Virus record (IMG/VR): IMGVR_UViG_3300013102_000002
Coordinates: 110,511 to 174,510 of that record
Source of the DNA: a virus
Direction: 5' to 3' (one strand)
Length of the DNA stretch: 64,000 nucleotides
In this document: in pieces, positions 59,875 to 64,000 of the stretch
How positions within the stretch are numbered: the stretch's first letter is position 1
Layout: each line of letters begins with the position of its first letter
Notes under the pieces: model-generated
Database searches by the model: none
The model's input: the letters and a program-made list of their open reading frames with translations, nothing else
What the model was told of the DNA's origin: nothing
Translations under genes and position numbers: made by a program

Positions 59875-60204
59875 ATGGAATTAAAGATAACCGAATTTCA
59901 AATTGAAACACTTCATAAGTGGTTGGGTTATTATGAAAACAATAACCAAAAAAGTGCATCAGCTACTGGGGCTTATGCTGGAATAAAATATGTTCTTCAA
60001 GAACTTCAAATTTTTTATAATATCGCCACTAGAAAAGATAACATAGAAGTAATCGCGCCATCAGAAACGATAGCTCATTTAGTGAATTATATGAATAAAA
60101 ATAGTATTGACGCACAATGGAATCTTGGAGTTTCCTCTGGAATATGCTGGACGCTTGAGCTATTAGGGATTCTTGATTCAAATTATGCTGGATTAAAAGA
60201 CTAG
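59875..60204 (+). CDS. hypothetical protein with internal repeat
   Basis: SD after site 59834; G..AGI.Y.L.EL.I and G..SGI.W.L.LL.I repeat. Confidence 0.65.
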   Translation: MELKITEFQIETLHKWLGYYENNNQKSASATGAYAGIKYVLQELQIFYNIATRKDNIEVIAPSETIAHLVNYMNKNSIDAQWNLGVSSGICWTLELLGILDSNYAGLKD

Positions 60205-60219
60205 AGGAGAATAATACAT

Positions 60220-60516
60220 ATGACATTAATTTATAAGGTTGAGCAAATCGATTATATGGGTTATTCCGCCTTCGAAAGATATTTTAGTGACAAGGATAAT
60301 GCCGAACTAGACTTTGAAGATCGACTACTACATATCAAGAAAACTGAAAACATTATTGAGCCAGAGGAACACGATGAAACGAAAGAATTTTTATTGGGTG
60401 ATAAAAATAAAATTAAAACTGAAACCGTTTGGTACTGGGAAAGATCGAGCTATGAATACGAAGAATACGATAGATATCCTATTGAATTAAACCTTAGAGA
60501 GATTGAATTGAATTGA
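60220..60516 (+). CDS. hypothetical protein
   Basis: GAGGAG SD. Confidence 0.65.
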   Translation: MTLIYKVEQIDYMGYSAFERYFSDKDNAELDFEDRLLHIKKTENIIEPEEHDETKEFLLGDKNKIKTETVWYWERSSYEYEEYDRYPIELNLREIELN

Positions 60517-60533
60517 AAGGGGGTTGAAATATA

Positions 60534-60743
60534 ATGAGTTACGAAGAAGGAACGCATTTAAAATCGCACTATAAAATTCAATATCGCAAAAGAACATCTT
60601 CTGGTGATTATGAGTCTAAATATATGGATTGGAATAATTACGATGAAGTTGTTACTCGATTAAGAACATTGCGAAACAATCCAAAGATAGAAAGTATCGT
60701 GATTTTAAAGAGGAGTATATACGATGTGACCGAAGAATTCTGA
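60534..60743 (+). CDS. hypothetical protein
   Basis: Stop overlaps site 60743. Confidence 0.6.
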   Translation: MSYEEGTHLKSHYKIQYRKRTSSGDYESKYMDWNNYDEVVTRLRTLRNNPKIESIVILKRSIYDVTEEF

Positions 60744-60785
60744 CGAAATGAGACTTTCATTAAAACATTTAAAGGAGAGAATATA

Positions 60786-61178
60786 ATGAATATTGTAGAA
60801 CTAGTGAATAAGATGAGTAATGATGAGATAGCATACTCTAATGAATTAAATGAGCGATTGATCAAAAAAGACTATGGCCTGTACTTATACCATGGACCGA
60901 ACCAAGTAAATGATACGATAGTTGACTGTAATATGAACTATTTGTTGACAGAAGATTGGGAAATTGCGTATGAACTCGATTACTCAAAAGAGATGACATT
61001 TCCCCTTTATTATAACTATCGTGGAACTTCGTGCATCAGTCTATTTATGAAGATGGATGACTCGTGCCTTGGAGGAATGGCTCAATTATATAGTAGCTTT
61101 AATGAGATGATGTTTGAGGGAAGTGTAGACGAGTGCTTTAGTTTTATTGGTGAGCTATTGAAAGGTAGTCACGCATAG
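60786..61178 (+). CDS. hypothetical protein
   Basis: Between sites 60743 and 61189. Confidence 0.7.
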   Translation: MNIVELVNKMSNDEIAYSNELNERLIKKDYGLYLYHGPNQVNDTIVDCNMNYLLTEDWEIAYELDYSKEMTFPLYYNYRGTSCISLFMKMDDSCLGGMAQLYSSFNEMMFEGSVDECFSFIGELLKGSHA

Positions 61179-61225
61179 TTAAAATTTGATAAAAACTGAA
61201 TTTCATGAAGAAAGGAATATCATAT

Positions 61226-61573
61226 ATGAGTAAAGTAATTGAGTTTAAACCCAAATCTAAAAGAGATTTATATGTGGTTGATGGATATCATGTCATCTTA
61301 GCAAGTTCTAGCGAAGAAGCACTAGCTTACGCACAAGTTGACGATAACACAGATGATTTAATGGATGTTGTAAAATTGGATGATCAATTAGAAGTCCCAG
61401 TGATTCATTCTGGGAAAGTGGAAATCATTTTATGGGATCGAGAACCAAGAGAGATTGAACGCTTAAGTTTTATGTTAAAGATTAGGGATTTTATTGATAG
61501 AGATTTAAAAAGGTTTATAACTCCATCGCGAATCGACATCATCGATGACAATGCAATAAAACCTAAAAAGTAA
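61226..61573 (+). CDS. hypothetical protein
   Basis: SD after site 61189. Confidence 0.65.
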   Translation: MSKVIEFKPKSKRDLYVVDGYHVILASSSEEALAYAQVDDNTDDLMDVVKLDDQLEVPVIHSGKVEIILWDREPREIERLSFMLKIRDFIDRDLKRFITPSRIDIIDDNAIKPKK

Positions 61574-61598
61574 AAACGATTTACAAGGAGATGTAGAT

Positions 61599-61778
61599 AT
61601 TAAAATACTATTTTTCAATAAAGAGAAAGAAGAAGAAATGGAAATTGTCCGTATTTCAGATGATGAATTTACGCTGTGTATAACAAATTCTTCGGGAGAT
61701 CAATGTTTTATTAGTGATATTAACTGCGATGATTTATTAAATATTAAAGATACCATTGAGGAACTATTGATTAAATAA
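61599..61778 (+). CDS. hypothetical protein (59 aa, probable ATT start)
   Basis: AAGGAG SD, then an open frame IKILFFNKEK... Confidence 0.5.
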   Translation: MKILFFNKEKEEEMEIVRISDDEFTLCITNSSGDQCFISDINCDDLLNIKDTIEELLIK

Positions 61779-61978
61779 AAGGAGTCTATTATGAATATTG
61801 GACAACAAGTAAACTACGAGATTCAGCGAGAAGCAGCTAAATTTTGTGAAGATAAATGCCCTTATAAAATTTCAAACAGTTCATATGAAGAAGGTTACGA
61901 ATTGCCATGTACTATAGGTAAATGTTATGTCATCGAATTCAAAAGACATTTAGTTAGATAAAGAAGAGAGGAGTTCAA

Positions 61979-62545
61979 ATGTCAGTATACTATACAAGCG
62001 ACACCCATTTTCATCATAAGAATGTCATCCAGTTATCAAATAGACCGTTCGAATCAATTGAGGAAATGAATGAGATGTTCATTGATAACTGGAACAAGAC
62101 AGTTAATCGCAATGACACGGTTTATCATCTTGGGGATTTCGCTTTAGGTGGAACAACAAAATGGGAGGATATCCTCACTAGGTTAAAAGGGAAGATTCAT
62201 CTTGTGTTAGGAAATCACGATGATAAGAAAGTAGTAAATAAAGTGGCTCATCATTTTGCATCTATTGATCTTATGGTTGAGAAGAAAATTGATAAGCAGC
62301 ATTTATTCTTATTCCATTACCCAATTGATATTGGCCTTACACCTAATGCTTACAGTATTCATGGACACATTCATGAGCGACCATCTAGGTTAGTCAATCA
62401 AATTAATGTTGGTGTAGATAGCGATTTTACCAGAGAGAAAGTCGGATTCGGGAACTTGATTCCTGAAGAGATGATTTTGGATGAGTTGAAAGTTAGAAAG
62501 TTGGAAGTATTGAGATTGAGGGAAGAAAGTAGACAAAACTCTTAA
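61979..62545 (+). CDS. calcineurin-like metallophosphoesterase
   Basis: SDTHF.H, HLGDF, GNHD, HYP and HGHIH motifs. Confidence 0.92.
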   Translation: MSVYYTSDTHFHHKNVIQLSNRPFESIEEMNEMFIDNWNKTVNRNDTVYHLGDFALGGTTKWEDILTRLKGKIHLVLGNHDDKKVVNKVAHHFASIDLMVEKKIDKQHLFLFHYPIDIGLTPNAYSIHGHIHERPSRLVNQINVGVDSDFTREKVGFGNLIPEEMILDELKVRKLEVLRLREESRQNS

Positions 62546-62557
62546 AATGGATTTTGA

Positions 62558-62617
62558 AATAACCGCATAAACATTGGGTTTCTTGAACGCTAAAGGTTAA
62601 TAAAACTTTACTTTCAC
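62558..62617. repeat. composite site (accessory palindrome plus core repeat)
   Basis: AATAACCGCATAAACATTGGG, 21 bp, ATAAAA ctttac TTTCAC. Confidence 0.75.
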
Positions 62618-62641
62618 GAACAAATTAGGAGATGATTTAGA

Positions 62642-62869
62642 ATGAAGATATTCTTATTAATTGAACTTGATATTCTTTGCGAATCGACTAGGGTACATAG
62701 CGCATATTTTAATATCAAAGACGCAGAAACAAAGAAGGTAGGACTAGAAGAACTATGCGAAGCAAAAGAAGCTATGTACATTGATTATATGCATTCAGAC
62801 GATGAAGAAGATTCTCCAGATTCAGACTTTGATTATGTTTACTTAATTCAAGAAATTGAAGTTCATTAG
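62642..62869 (+). CDS. hypothetical protein
   Basis: AGGAG SD after site 62600. Confidence 0.6.
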   Translation: MKIFLLIELDILCESTRVHSAYFNIKDAETKKVGLEELCEAKEAMYIDYMHSDDEEDSPDSDFDYVYLIQEIEVH

Positions 62870-63073
62870 CGCATTTAAATAGGGGTGAATTATATTGGAA
62901 CGGTTCTTTTTAAAGACAAATGAAATTACAAAAGAAACACATTTGTTAGAAGTAGATGGAGACTTTTATGGTCATGACATGCAGAATCTGGTAATTGCTA
63001 AATTTTATAATGAGGAATATGCGAAGAGAGTTTGCTTTTTATTAAATGAAGATTTATAGGAGATAAAATAAAA

Positions 63074-63283
63074 ATGACTAAGATGAAAGATCGAACATAT
63101 TATGTTGTCAAAGTAAGTTACCGAGAAACTAATCCTGCTCACAGGGTTGTTTGTTATCACAGATACAATGGTTTGGCTTATCTCTATTCTGCTGGTTACG
63201 ATGGCGAAGAAAATCATCACGTAGATGATTTATACTACTTTAATGTGATATCTGAGATTGAAGAAATGAATGTAAAAAAATAA
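63074..63283 (+). CDS. hypothetical protein
   Basis: AGGAG SD. Confidence 0.6.
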   Translation: MTKMKDRTYYVVKVSYRETNPAHRVVCYHRYNGLAYLYSAGYDGEENHHVDDLYYFNVISEIEEMNVKK

Positions 63284-63299
63284 GACGAGAGGTGATTAT

Positions 63300-63797
63300 A
63301 TGATTGAATTAAACAAGTCTCAAATCCTAGAAATTGTCATGGATCAACTAACCACACAACACAATCAAACACCATCAAGCATTAAGGTGAATATTGATTG
63401 GCTAAAATTTCGATATGATAAATATAATTCCGAATGGCATTTCATTGTAAAAGATATTGACGAAGGCATTCTTAAATATACGGTGCGTGATTACTACGGA
63501 TATCCATCGGCACGATATGTAACATATCAAAAACTTGGTGATTGCATCGCTAGAATATTCCCCGAAATGGTTAGAGTTGAGTTTGATTTTAAAGTCAAAG
63601 ATGACATTACATTGAAAACAACAATGAGCAATGCTGAGGTCATGGATTTAATTGATATTGTAGCTAGAGTATATCACGACGACAAGACTGAAATTAAGCA
63701 AGAAGAATTGCGTGATTTGATTGATTTGTCATTGGTTATTGGTGATAAAGTATGGTTTGAGGAATTGACAAATACATATAATAGTTATAGTAAATAA
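63300..63797 (+). CDS. IDEAL-domain protein
   Basis: C-terminal LRDLIDLSLVIGDKVWFEELT. Confidence 0.7.
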   Translation: MIELNKSQILEIVMDQLTTQHNQTPSSIKVNIDWLKFRYDKYNSEWHFIVKDIDEGILKYTVRDYYGYPSARYVTYQKLGDCIARIFPEMVRVEFDFKVKDDITLKTTMSNAEVMDLIDIVARVYHDDKTEIKQEELRDLIDLSLVIGDKVWFEELTNTYNSYSK

Positions 63798-63818
63798 ATA
63801 TACATAGGAGTTAAATAA

Positions 63819-64000
63819 ATGAAAATAGAAAAGAAAGTGAAGAATAAAATACACCACTATGTAATCTCAAATTATGAAAAATTAGATCCATCGCAATTTG
63901 ATTTGGGAGAAATTAATTACACTCACAGATGCCATCTTAATGCAGTTCAAAAGGTTCGTGAGGGGAAGGCCGAGAAAGTTTACTCTTGTGTTGCTGTAGA
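63819..64000 (+). CDS. hypothetical protein, 3' truncated by window edge
   Basis: AGGAG SD; frame open to the end. Confidence 0.6.
   Translation, partial: MKIEKKVKNKIHHYVISNYEKLDPSQFDLGEINYTHRCHLNAVQKVREGKAEKVYSCVAV

Larger units (their letters stand above)
1125..62617. repeat. dispersed family of about 50 intergenic inverted repeats ATRAAA-N6-TTTYAT (extended arms approx. CTTCATRAAA / TTTYATCAAG)
   Basis: Exact copies start at 1688, 3563, 11644, 16276, 20617, 23032, 25102, 25326, 26133, 26499, 33863, 36212, 38864, 42244, 45425, 56395, 58757, 61189. Copies with 1-3 mismatches start at 1125, 2548, 2781, 3290, 5307, 5789, 7214, 9577, 12771, 18784, 19519, 19745, 21459, 21849, 22098, 22658, 30440, 32010, 33202, 34072, 34531, 35127, 39119, 39421, 39754, 40099, 42670, 42866, 56808, 59834, 60743, 62600. 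Confidence 0.9.

Noticed and set aside
1125-62617. Repeats read as a CRISPR array
   Set aside because: Copies are separated by whole genes (0.2 to more than 10 kb), the variable part is only 6 bp, and no cas genes are present.
1125-62617. Core ATRAAA-N6-TTTYAT repeats read as intrinsic terminators or sigma-A promoters
   Set aside because: The stems are 6 bp of almost pure A/T with no U tail, and no -35/-10 pair is consistently associated. Real terminators and promoters in the window look different. A phage-sigma promoter or operator role is not fully excluded.
1125-62617. Core repeats as host chromosomal dif sites or classical integron attC sites
   Set aside because: The arms do not match the B. 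subtilis dif arms as I recall them, and there are no GTTRRRY/RYYYAAC boxes or long attC hairpins. Only the architecture is similar.
479-63220. Most minus-strand and nested ORFs in the six-frame track (e.g. 479-946, 15818-16159, 32720-33142, 40413-40943)
   Set aside because: They are shadows of well-supported + strand genes, with no SD and atypical composition. Only 14914-15123, 31271-31432 and 58968-59183 were kept.
1-64000. tRNA/rRNA genes, reverse transcriptase (DGR or retron), integrase, structural genes
   Set aside because: No cloverleaf or T-loop signature, RT motif, recombinase catalytic pattern or virion protein was recognised by eye. The recombinase proposed for the cassette sites is therefore not shown in this window.

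Overview
This window is 64 kb of an AT-rich large (pro)phage genome from a spore-forming Bacillota host, most like SPbeta-type phages. It appears to be the early/middle region: almost all genes are on the + strand and I see no structural, lysis or integrase genes. Core modules are a putative helicase loader, DnaB helicase and primase (27.2-30.4 kb), a RecJ-type DHH exonuclease (36.7-38.3 kb), and a nucleotide-metabolism block (45.9-54.7 kb). That block holds intein-containing class III NrdD, NrdG, an ATP-cone-fused class I beta subunit, a short alpha subunit, dUTPase, ThyA and DHFR. More than 100 small accessory ORFs fill the rest, among them Gam-like, TnpB, macrodomain, DprA/SLOG, HD, HNH-AP2, SprT, YhbH, YyaC, RNA ligase, GHKL ATPase and phosphoesterase genes. 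Four signals are not explained by the gene calls. (1) About 50 copies of an 18-bp intergenic inverted repeat, ATRAAA-N6-TTTYAT, cut the accessory regions into 1-3-gene cassette-like units and are absent from the core operons. Seven copies carry a second palindrome 20-21 bp upstream, which is the layout of a site-specific recombination site. (2) recJ is interrupted inside its catalytic DxD motif by a 10-nt GAT-TAG-TTAG-GAT element that looks like a programmed ribosomal bypass. (3) A separate asymmetric box, TTTAATRAATAAATAT, overlaps eight sigma-A-like promoters. (4) Several genes, including primase, appear to start at ATT or ATA. All coordinates were read by hand and no database searches were run, so family calls rest on motif recognition.
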